Origin: Reclinomonas americana ATCC 50394
Lineage: Eukaryota
Assembly (NCBI GenBank): GCA_048213135.1
Contig: PS015063.1
Span: forward strand, 106,281 to 170,280
Direction: 5' to 3'
Length of the DNA stretch: 64,000 bases
A model generated the notes under the pieces. The model made no database searches, was not told the origin of the DNA, and saw only the letters and a list, made by a program, of their open reading frames with translations. The first letter of the stretch is position 1; each line of letters opens with the position of its first letter. Positions 26,165 through 52,220 of the stretch are shown piece by piece. Both the position numbers and the translations under genes were made by a program.

Positions 26165-28085
26165 TCACTCCATGCCCATGGAGTCGCGACCGACGCCCAC
26201 CGGCACAGCCATTGGCATCGACACGGCAGCGGTTTGCGAGTGCAGTGCAGATGCCGGCCGTGAGCCGGGGCATGTGAAGACCAAGTCATTGACCTGGGAG
26301 TAGAAAGGGGAAGGGGGGGTGAGGGAAAGAAGGGGAGGGGGAGGGAAGGACAGAGAACAGAAAAAGCATTTTTCCCTCTTCTCTTCTTTTCACCTCCACT
26401 CTCTCTATCTTCTCACAGATGTCGCATCGTCCCCGAATTATCCCATCTTGGAAGGAAAGGGGAGGAAGGAAAGAGGAGAAGAAGGGAAGGGCAGAGAACA
26501 GAAAGAGCCACTTCTCCGTCCCGACTCTCTTTTCACCTCCACTCTCTCTTTCTTCTCACAGATTGTCGCATCGTCCCCGAATTATCCTTTCCCATCTTCG
26601 AAGGAAAGGGGAGGGAGGAAGAAGGAGGGAAGGGGAGAGAACGGAAAGAGCCACTTCTCCGTCCCGACTCTCTTTTCATCTCCACCCTCCTTTTCTTCAC
26701 CCAGATTGTCGCATCTCTGCCGCTCGTCCCCTAATCTGGCTTTCCTCTTTTTCTCTTCTCTTCTGTTCCTTGCCTCACTATTCTTCTCTTCTGTTCTATT
26801 CACGTCTCCATTCTCCTCTTTTCTTTTCTCATCTCTCTGTTGTCTTCCTTTCCCTTATCCCATCTCTCCTTGTATCTCTCTTCTTCACTCTCCTCTCTTC
26901 TCTTCTCTTCACTTTTCTTGGAAAGAGGAGACAGCAAGGCGAAGAAAAATTGCGCATCGCCTGCCTCTATATCTCCTCCCCCCTCTCTCTCTCCTTCCTT
27001 TCCCCGCACCTTGCCCTTCAACAGCGCAGCCTTATCAGCTGGCAGTTCCGCTCCAATCTGCTCCACCGCCGCCGCCCCACACAGACAGCCGAGTCGCGCA
27101 GACTGCTCCAGCGAGTAGCCCTGAATGAATCCGTGCAGGAAACCGGCGGCAAACAAGTCACCTGCGCCCGTCGTATCCACCACGGATACGGGGTATGCGG
27201 GTCTGTGTGGCACACAAAGAATGAGAGGACAATAGAGAGAGGGAGAGAAAAGAGACGACAAGAAGAGCCAAGCCGGGTGGCAAGAACCGCGGAGAAGCAG
27301 GAGAGAAAAAAACGGCGACACAATCGAGGAAGCCGTCGAGAGAAGAAGGCAGACTCGTGTTCCCTTTTACAAAACACTGCTGAGCTCTTTCTCTCTCTTT
27401 CTCTCTTCTCTTGCAGCCATTGTCTTACTCACCATTTCCCCTTCTTCTATGCGCACTCATTTGACTCTCTCATCCTCATTCACATCCTCGCTCACAAAAT
27501 ATTCTGTGAAGCAACTCCAACGTGTCGCGACGTTCCGCTGCAGGTGCATTCTCTTGTGCTCTCTCTCTCCCCCACACCTAGTACATGCCAGCACTCGTCA
27601 CTGATGAACTTGCTCTCTGCCTCTTACGTCATTCACTCCTCTAACCCTCTCACGCACAAACTTTTCGTCCCCACACGCGCATCGCCTTCTACTCCTCTGT
27701 TCTTGCTATTCTTCTTCTCGGCATTCTCTCCCTCACTCTCTCCCACTCTGGATAACTCGCTCGCATATCATCCTGTTCATTCTCTCTCTCTCTCACTCAC
27801 TCACACTCACACTCTTTGTCTCCACAGCAAGCTCTGCGCATCGCCGTTACTCCTTTATTTCTCGGCATTCTCTGTCTCAGTCTCTCCCACTCTAGATAAT
27901 TCGCTCTCCCTTCTCTCTCATCTCTCTCTCACACACACATGCACATACACACTCTTCGTCTCCACAGCCAGTTCTCCCTCACATGCGCATCGCCTACTTC
28001 TTCTCCTTGTTTCATACGATTCTTCTCCTTGGCATTTTCTCTCACTCTCTCCCACTCCAGATAATTCGCTCTCCCGTATCAATCT

Positions 28086-28152
<67 letters not shown>

Positions 28153-28718
28153 CTACCTACCTACTACCTACCTACCTACCTACCTACCTACCTACCTACC
28201 TACCTACCTACCTAACCTACCTAACCTACCTACCGTACCTACCNNNNNNNNNNNNNNNNNNNNNNNNNNNNNNNNNNNNNNNNNNNNNNNNNNNNNNNNN
28301 NNNNNNNNNNNNNNNNNNNNNNNNNNNNNNNNNNNNNNNNNNNNNNNNNNNNNNNNNNNNNNNNNNNNNNNNNNNNNNNNNNNNNNNNNNNNNNNNNNNN
28401 NNNNNNNNNNNNNNNNNNNNNNNNNNNNNNNNNNNNNNNNNNNNNNNNNNNNNNNNNNNNNNNNNNNNNNNNNNNNNNNNNNNNNNNNNNNNNNNNNNNN
28501 NNNNNNNNNNNNNNNNNNNNNNNNNNNNNNNNNNNNNNNNNNNNNNNNNNNNNNNNNNNNNNNNNNNNNNNNNNNNNNNNNNNNNNNNNNNNNNNNNNNN
28601 NNNNNNNNNNNNNNNNNNNNNNNNNNNNNNNNNNNNNNNNNNNNNNNNNNNNNNNNNNNNNNNNNNNNNNNNNNNTCTCTCGTCTCTACGTCTCGTCCGT
28701 ACTCTTACGTACTACTCG

Positions 28719-28769
<51 letters not shown>

Positions 28770-31619
28770 ACACATACACATTCACACACAGATATACACA
28801 CCGTGTCTCCACAACCAGTTCTCCCTCACATTCACATCGCCTATTTCCCCTTATTCTTCTTCTCAGCATTCTCCCTCACTCTCTCCCACTCTAGATAATT
28901 CGCTCTCCCTGTTCATCTGTTCATTCTCCCTCTCTCTTACACACATACACATTCACACACAGAAATACACACTGTGTCTCCACAGCCAGTTCTCCCTCAC
29001 ATGCGCTCAGCATTCTCTCTCACTCTCTCCCACTCATGCCAATTCTCGCTCGATCATCCTGCTCTTCTCCTCTCCTTTTCTTCTGCACTCTCTCTTCCCC
29101 TCCCTTCCCCTTCCCCTTCTCCACCCTTCCCCCCTCCCCCACCAACGCACGTGTGAAACTTATCCGCCCCCGACTGCACCCACACGCCGTCGGCACCACA
29201 CATGACCACCGCCACCGACACCATCTCCGCCAGCAGCGTAACCGCTCTGCAAATGAGCGGGTTAAAATCTCCTCTAAACCTTTCCCCCCTACTCAATCCA
29301 CTCAACTCCTCCGCCCCAGCCCCCGTCAACATCAGCGCCTCCTCCGTGTTGGCAAACAGCACGTCCACGTACTTGCGAATGAGCTGCAGCATCTCCTTGC
29401 GGAACATGCGTACGAGTTCGAACGAGCCACAGTCGAACGACACGGTGACGCCGGGAACTCGGTTGGCCAGCTTGAGGGCGGCGGAGGTGAAGCCGTTGTA
29501 CATGGAGTAGCCCTCGACGTGGACTAGTTTGACGTCGGCAAAGTCCTGGTGGGAGGGTGGGGGGAAGGGTGGGTGAGAAGGGGGAAGGGTGGGAAGGGGA
29601 AGGAGAAGAAGGGGAAGGAGAAGGCGGAGGGGAAGGAGAGCGAGGAAAACTGGTTCTCTTGTGTGCTCTTCTCATTTCTTCTCAACTATTGTATTCTCTT
29701 CTCCCTGTCTCTTCCACTCCCTGCTTTCCTTCGTTTCTCCTTTTCTAGAGGAAAGGAGAAGAGGAAAGGAGAGAGTGGAAGAGACAAAGAGAGGAGAGAG
29801 AGAGAAGAAGAAGCAATGAGGAATGGAGAGAGGGGAATAGAAGTGGAGATGAGAAGAAAGAAGGAAAGAAAGACAGAAAGGAGAGAGTGGAAAAGGAGAG
29901 AAAGTGAGATGAAAGAGGGAAAGGAAGAGATGAGAAGAGAGCTCTTCTATTCCCTTCCTTCCGTCTTTCCTCTCATGTCCTCTTCGATTCCGTTCTCTCC
30001 TTTCCTCTTCTCTCCTTTCCTCTCTCATATCTGCCCTTCCTTTCCCTCCATGCCCCTTCATCTCTGTCTCCTTTCCTCTCTCATCTCTCCTCTTCATCTC
30101 TTCTCACCTCATCTGCTCTTCCATTCCCTCCTTTCCTCTTTTCTTCTCTTCCCCTATCTTCCCCTGTCTCTCCCTTTTCCCTCTCTTCTTCTCACTCACC
30201 TCGGGCACCAAATCCGCCGCCGTCATCTCAATCGAAGCCCCGAGACACGCACGCATGGTGCGCTCGCCATCGGGCGCCACCAGACACACCACTTGTCCGG
30301 TGGGTGAGGCGGTCGGCGACGACAGGGTGATGATGCCCTTTTCGCGCATGCACTTTTCGAACAGGCGTCCGTTGGCGTCCTGACCGACCTTGCCAACGAC
30401 GGCGCATTGTTCGCCGAGGAGGGCGAGGCATTTGAGGGTGTTGCTGCAGCTGCCGCCTGAGAGGGGGAGGGGAGAGAAAAGGGAGCAGAGAGGCTTTAGT
30501 TTGAATGACCAGGAGAGCGAGAAGGGTGCGTGCAACAACAGAGGCACATGAGAGGCGAAAAAACAACAGAGAATGCTGCAGCATGTTGAGAAGGCACATG
30601 GCCAATTACAGACTGTCACAGCTTGCAACAGAAGGACAAGATAGATCACGAGAGATTGATGCGGTGCTTGCAACAGAGGAGCCCACCGACAACAGAAGGA
30701 CAAGACAGACAGTATTGGCTTGATAAAAAGGTGGAGAGATTGATCGAAGACTGCCCCAGAGCGCACATCGGAAAATCAACAAACATTGCAAGATGACCAG
30801 GTGTGAGATATAGCTCACAGGCTGTCACAATGCTCGTAATAGAAGGGCACGACGGACAGTGAAAGCTTTTGACCATGAGAGAGATCACAGTGCCTGCAGC
30901 AGAGGAGCCCAAGCTGCGAAAGCAGACGAACGGGTGCAGAAGGCCAATCACGGTCTGTCACAGTGCAACAGAAGGACAATACAGCCATCATGGGCTGACA
31001 GGAGATCGATCACACACAGCAGTAGTTGCAACAGAAGAGCACGACAGACAGCGAAAGCTTATAAACATAAGAGAGATCACAGTGCTCGCAACAGTGGAGC
31101 CCAAGGTGCGACAGCTGACGAACGGGTGCAGAAGGCCAATCACGGACTGTCACAGTGCAACACAAGGACAAGACAGACATCGTCGGCTGACAGGAGATCG
31201 ATCACAGACTGCAGTGCTCGTAACAGAAGGACAAGACAGACTGCAACAGCTTATAAACATGAGAGAGTTGCAGCAGAGGAGCCCAAGCTGCGAAAGCTGA
31301 CGAACAGGTGCAGAAGACCGATTACAGACTGTCACAGTGCAACACAAGGACAAGACAGACATCATGGGCTGACAGGAGATCGATCACAGACTGCAGTGCT
31401 TGTCAAGAGACTGATCCCGGTGCTTGCAACGGAGAAGCCCAAGCTGCAATGTCAGACTCACCCGGCACTGTGACACTCGGACACCGGCTGACCGCCTCAA
31501 TGATCGCCGTCAACTCCTCGTGCGTCACTTGCTCAGAGCCAGCCCGTTCGAGTCCTGTATCAATAAAATGAGATGAAATGCATGAGTGTATCAGTGGAGC
31601 GCGCGAAAGGAGAGAAATG

Positions 31620-31659
<40 letters not shown>

Positions 31660-32092
31660 AGAGAGGAGGGAGAGAGAGGAGGGAGAGAGAGGAGGGAGAG
31701 AGGAGGAGGGAGAGANNNNNNNNNNNNNNNNNNNNAAGGGGGGAGAGAGAGAAGGGGAGAGGGAGGCGGAACATGGAGGCAAAGGGGAGAGAGAGGGAAG
31801 AGAGAGTGAAAAAGAAGAGAACTGAGCAGATTGACTGACACTCACTTCCTTCCTCTGCTCACTGTCTGTCTCTCTCTCTCTCCCTCTCTTTCCCTGTGCT
31901 CTCTCTGCTCTCTCTCTCTTCTCTCACACAGTGAGTTAGGCAGCACGTGGACATGTCGATGTGTGCCTTCTCCTTTCCTCTCTCTCACACACACTCTCTG
32001 TGTGACCCACCGAGCCTCTCCATATCGTCCTCTGTCACACAAAAGAGGCGATCGAGCAGCGGTTGACCAATGCCGAGCACATCGTAGGCCAT
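26165..32092 (-). CDS. PfkB/ribokinase-family kinase (adenosine/nucleoside kinase-like), 6 predicted exons
   Basis: MAYDVLGIGQPLLD, PGGSCSNT, GKVGQDANG, PTGQVVCLVAPDGERTMRACLGAS, HVEGYS, VDVLFANTEEA and VVDTTGAGDLFAAGFLHG (PfkB signature 2). Confidence 0.92.
26380..26740. repeat. Intronic tandem repeat, ~145-bp unit, ~2.5 copies
   Basis: Repeated ttctcacagat(t)gtcgcatcgtccccgaattatcc and aaagagccacttctccgtcccgactctctttt. Confidence 0.8.
27640..29040. repeat. Intronic diverged tandem repeat spanning an assembly gap
   Basis: Repeated gtctccacagccagttctccctcacat and ctctctcccactctagataattcgctc on both sides of the N-run. Confidence 0.75.
30530..31450. repeat. Intronic minisatellite with higher-order (~190-bp) structure
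   Basis: Repeated gcaacagaaggacaagacagac, gctgacaggagatcgatcacagac, gaggagcccaagctgcgaaagc and ctgtcacagtgcaac blocks. Confidence 0.85.
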
Positions 32093-32289
32093 TGAGAGAG
32101 AGAGTGTCTGTGAAGTTGTCACAAGTCTCTTGCTCGATCGCTCGCTCGCTCGTACGTGTCCCGAGTGCAGTGAAGAGGAGGTCGGTCACCAACGAGCTCA
32201 CACGTGTGTCACAGTTTTGTTGGCAAACTCCGTCAACGTCGCGGTGTCCTGCAGCGTGTCATTTTGTGCTTTGTGCGAGAAAAGGCAGA
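32093..32289. promoter_or_regulatory. Putative bidirectional promoter (PfkB kinase / DDA1-like SAP gene)
   Basis: Divergent predicted ATGs about 200 bp apart. Confidence 0.5.
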
Positions 32290-34550
32290 ATGGGCGATGT
32301 TGAGTTTGCGCGCTCTCTCTCTCTCTCTCTCTCTCTCTGTGTTTCTCTCGCTCTCTTTGTGTGTGACTGACTGTGTGTGTGTGAGTGTTAGTTGCTTCGT
32401 GATTTGCCTTCGCGTGGGCATATTACGCATTATGAGAAGCCGGTGAGTGAGAGTGAATGAGTGAGTGAGTGAGTGAGTAAGTGAGAGAGAGAGAGACTCT
32501 TATTCAGAACAGAATCTGCGCATTTACACAATTGCTCTTCTTGTCTTCAAACATTCACTCTCGTGCACTCACTCCTTCTCTCTCGCACATGCGCACAGTC
32601 ACACGCACACACACTGTTCTCTGTCTCTTAATCGCATTTTGCTCATCATCACTCATCTCCTCAGTCTGCTCTCTCACACTCTCTCCGTGACTCTCAGTGA
32701 AGCACAACAGTCACTCTCAGTACCTGTCTTCTCTTCTTCGCTCACCCTTGCTCCCTCACCCCGCTTCGACACCCCATCTCTCAGTCTCTGATTGTTCTCC
32801 TCCTCCTCCTCCTCTTCCTCCTGTTCTTTCTTCTTGTTCTTGCCCTTGCTGTGTCTGCTCCACAGGCCTCTCCTCCTCGCCCTTCTCCTCCTTTTCTTCT
32901 TGTTCTCCTCCCCTTGCTCTTCTTCTTCATCATCACCTTCTCCGCCTCTTCCTCGTCCTCCTTGTTGTTCTCGTTCTTCGTGCCCTCCGCCTCCTCGCCC
33001 TTCTCCTTCTTTTCTTTCTTCTTGGTCTTGCCCTTGCTCTTCTTCTCCTCCTATTTTTCTCTTCCTCTTCGTCCTCTATGGTGTTCGCGCTCTTCTTGCC
33101 CTCCTCGCCCTCCTTGGTCTTCTCCTTCTTCACCTTCTCCACCTCTTCATCGTCGTCTTTCTTCTCCTCTTTCTTCTCCTCCTTCATCATCTTCTTCTCC
33201 ACTTCGCCCTTCTCCTCACCCTCCTCCTCACCCTCCTCCTCCTCCCACAGCTCTACATCGTCCCCGCCCGCACATACGTGTGCATTGGCGATGCCCCACG
33301 TTGCGTTCTCCATCGTCATCGCTACGCCCTTTCCTCCTTTCTCACCTTCCCCACACAGCCGCCCGCATCGTCCCGCAATCCGGCGACACGTTTGCCACTC
33401 GGCGCCTGCACGCCCAGGAGCAGAAGCAGCGACGCGAAAAGGACGCGCAAAAGAAGAGCAAGTCGAGTGCCGACGACAAGTCAGCGCGCAAAAAGTCGGC
33501 GGCAAAGAAGTCGTTGCGTCACCGCCTCTTCTTGGGATACAAGCATGAGGGGGAAGAGCGAATGGGTATGGTGCGAGCGGCGTGATGTGAGAACCTTTCA
33601 TTCACTCTTCCTCTGCCTGCTCTCTTCTTTTCTCACTTGCTCCCTCACATTCTCTCTCTGCAGTGTGCGTCAGAGGGGATAGAAGTAGAGGAGGAGTGGG
33701 AATGGGAATGGTGGTTGCCGGATGTGAGCACCTTTCATCCACTTATCCTCTGCCTGCTCTCTTCTTTCACTTGCTCCCTCACATTCATTTTCTCTGTTGT
33801 TTGTCAGTGGGGATATCTGTTTGAGGGGGAAGAGCGAATGGGAATGGTGCGAGCGGCGGGATGTGAGAACCTTTCATTCACTCTTCGTCTGTCTGTTCTC
33901 TTCTATCAGTTGCTCCCTCACACTCAATCTCTCTCTCTCTCTTCCCTCACTTCCCTCACCTCTCTCTTCCCTCTCTTCCCTCTCTCTTCTCGCTCGCACA
34001 CCAGCAGCAAGAGTGGCAGCGCTGCAGCGAGCGAGGCCATGGACGAGGACGTGGATTCGACGCCACCATCTCGCCGCAAGTCCTCCAAGTCATCGTCGTC
34101 GTCGCGGGCGAGCTCATCACGCAAGCGCGAACTGCCCAGTGACGAGACAGGCATGGACGATGATGATGGCCATGAGGAAGAGGCGGAGAAGCAACCGAAG
34201 AAGCGTCAAAAGACGGCCGCCGCAACGACAACCACCACCACCTCCAGGAGTAGCAAGTCGTCGCGGTGAGCATAATCATGGTTCTGATGTCGAGCATTGA
34301 GTGCTCATTGGTGTGGTGAAGCAGCAAGGTAATGGTCGACAGCAGCGACGAGGATGAAGAAGAGCAGGAAGAGGAGGAGGAAGACGAGGAAATGGTGGAA
34401 GCGCGGCGACGTGTGTTTACCACCGACGAGCTGCACTCGTTCACGCTGGCGCGCTTGCGCGAGATTTGCGACGCACGCGGTTTGTCGTCGAGCGGGAAGA
34501 AGGCGGAGTTGATTGGCAGGATCCGGGAGCAGCAGAAGAAGAAGACATAA
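32290..34550 (+). CDS. DDA1-like N-terminal motif, low-complexity linker and C-terminal SAP domain
   Basis: Small exons give MGD-LLRDLPSRGHITHYEKP-LYIVPARTYVCIGDAPPARIV..., resembling from memory the plant DDA1-domain/SAP proteins (DLPSRG...RxYxC). The C-terminus ELHSFTLARLREICDARGLSSSGKKAELIGRI is a SAP domain. Confidence 0.68.
33545..33930. repeat. Intronic triplicated ~145-bp unit
   Basis: Repeated gaatgg...gatgtgagaacctttcattcactcttc...ttgctccctcaca. Confidence 0.75.
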
Positions 34551-34848
34551 GGCGCAGGGATACAGAGAATACACACAGGGGTGTAGTCCGCGAAGTGATT
34601 CTTCACAACGGATGAACGGCAAGGCAGCTGCAGCGGATGGCGCACTTGGTCGAAGATTTTTGCAGTGATTGAGGGTCCTCGTGTTGACGAGGACTGCATT
34701 GTGGCATGGGTAGCACAACGTCTAAGCTCAGTCCTGGTTTGAGTGTTTATTTGTTTCCTTAATCACAGTAGGCATGTATGAAAGCGCACAGCATCCTCGA
34801 ATTCATGCAGCTGCAGCTCATTGACCACACAATGTCCAGGTCTTCTTG

Positions 34849-50204
<15,356 letters not shown>

Positions 50205-50274
50205 CGTCTCTCTGCGCATCTGACAAATACAAACACGAACAATGAGTGACGTAAGCGATAAATTGTCCAAGCAA
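50205..50274. promoter_or_regulatory. Very short divergent spacer (receptor / MADS gene)
   Basis: Receptor ATG at 50204 (-); MADS ATG at 50242 or 50275 (+). Confidence 0.45.
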
Positions 50275-52091
50275 ATGAGTGAGGTGCGCGCGCACACTCT
50301 CTCACTCACACACTCTCTTGTTACACACATTCACACACTCTCTGTTACACACATTCACACACTCACTCACTCACTCACTCACTCACACTCAATTTCAAAC
50401 TTTTCCACTCACTCTTTTCTCATTCTTCTCTCTCAGAGTGGCGACAGTGCGCCTAAACCGCGCGGAAAGCGCAGAAAGATCAACATTGATTACATTCAAG
50501 TTGCGATCTCTTCATCTGTCTTTCTCTATTATTCTCTCTTTCTTCTCACACTTTTTTTGTTGTTTCTTCCGCTTGTTTCTTGTTTGTGTTTTTTTTTGTA
50601 GGATAAGACGCAGCGATTGACTACGTTCCACAAGCGCAAGGAGGGATTGTTGAAGAAGGTGAGAGTTGATGGAGAATGCGGCAAGTGCGGTTGATTTCTC
50701 GGATGCGCAGACACGCGTTCTCCTCTTGTGTGCACTCTTCTGTGTGCATAGCAGGGTACTTGCTGCCACTCTCGCACTCTCTCACTCTCACTCACTCGTT
50801 CACTCTGCCATTCGCCGCATTCATCTGCCAATCGAGAGTGGGCAAGTGCATTTGATACGTGTTCTCCTCTTGTGTGCACTCTTCTGTGTACACAGCAGGG
50901 TACTTGCAGTTACTGTCACACTCGCACTCTCTCGTTCGCCCTGCCATTCACGACAATCATCTGCTGACTGAGAATGGGCAGCTCTGATTGACTAGCGCAC
51001 ACACCTCCGTAATCTTCTGTGTGCACCAGGGCTCTCACGCTTTCGATGATCTAACGGTGGTTGCTGTCACTGTAACTCATTCTGTCGGACTCTTTTTCAT
51101 CACGCGGTTCACTGTCGGGCAATTGCTGTCACTCGCATGGTTACACCTCACCGCTCGTTGTGAGCAAGTACTCTCTTGCATCCTGACTGAGCTCTCGCAC
51201 ATCCTCCCTTTTCTCCTCTCTCTCCCTTTCCCTCCGTTGCGCTCACTCCTCCCTCCCCAATATCGCAGGCGTACGAGTTGAGCACATTGACTGGATCGCA
51301 GATTCTGCTGCTCATTGCGTCGGAGACCGGCCAGGTTGGTGCTGCGTAGCTTGTTTGTGACCTCGCGCTGGTGTACATCGTCTCTTTCTCTCTCTCATAG
51401 TCATGCTCCTCATACCACGCCGTTGATTTCATCGTCTATATCACTCGCTTTCTCTGTCTCTCACTCACATTCTCACTGTGTTCTCATCTGTGTTTCTCTC
51501 TCTCTCTCCCCCCTCCCTCTCTCTCTCTCCATGCACATCTTGCCGCGCTGTCAATGTTATCATTCTCATCTTCTCACGCTGCACTCTTCATGCACACCAT
51601 GGTTGACACGCTCGTGCACACCGTTGAGAGCAACCAGCTGATTCATGCTGCTGTTTCTCTCAGCTTCCTTCATGTACGCTTCTGCATTCTCTGATCTCAC
51701 CGCGCATTTCGTTTCATCGTGCTCATTCTTGCCCTGTTCTCTCTGCTTCATTCATCCACGCTGCTGTTTCATGTTTCCTCCCCTGATTTCCCCGCGGCAT
51801 TGTTGGCATCCTCCGTGTTCGAGTAGCTGTCCCTCTCAGCTTCATTCTCCCCCATTCTCTTTTTTCACCCTCCCTCCTGATTTCCCTCTTGCGCACATCT
51901 TTCCCTCACTTCACTCCCCCTCCCGCAGGTCTACACCTTCGCCACTCCCAAGTTCCAGCCCCTCATCACCCGCCCACCCGGCAAGACATTCATCGAGGTG
52001 CGTCACGCTTCCCCTTCCACCACCCTCTCCCTCACTCACAATAACGCCGCTTTGCACCACACAGTCGTGCTTAAACGCGCCTGACGAGTGA
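50275..52091 (+). CDS. SRF: SRF/MCM1-type (type I) MADS-box transcription factor, ~96 aa, 6 small exons (alternative in-frame start at 50242)
   Basis: Spliced product MSE-SGDSAPKPRGKRRKINIDYIQ-DKTQRLTTFHKRKEGLLKK-AYELSTLTGSQILLLIASETGQ-VYTFATPKFQPLITRPPGKTFIE-SCLNAPDE* aligns with the SRF core plus SAM helix. Confidence 0.92.
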
Positions 52092-52220
52092 CGCCCGTCA
52101 CCTAATGGACGTGTCTCCTCCCAATCACCATCATTTTCATTGCTCGCCTGGAGACACGCAAACACCATTAAAGTGACGCACGTCATCAAGCGGGGTTGTG
52201 TAAGTTGCTGTTGTTGTGTT

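Noticed and set aside
26419-28215. 598-aa plus-strand ORF and similar L/S/F- or R/E-rich long ORFs (e.g. 9580-10974, 32697-33548, 53966-55096)
   Set aside because: These are translations of CT/GA microsatellites, intronic repeats and N-runs, which lack stop codons by composition.
30859-31473. Repetitive ORFs in the PfkB intron as a nested gene
   Set aside because: They are explained by the intronic minisatellite and show no recognisable domain or exon structure.
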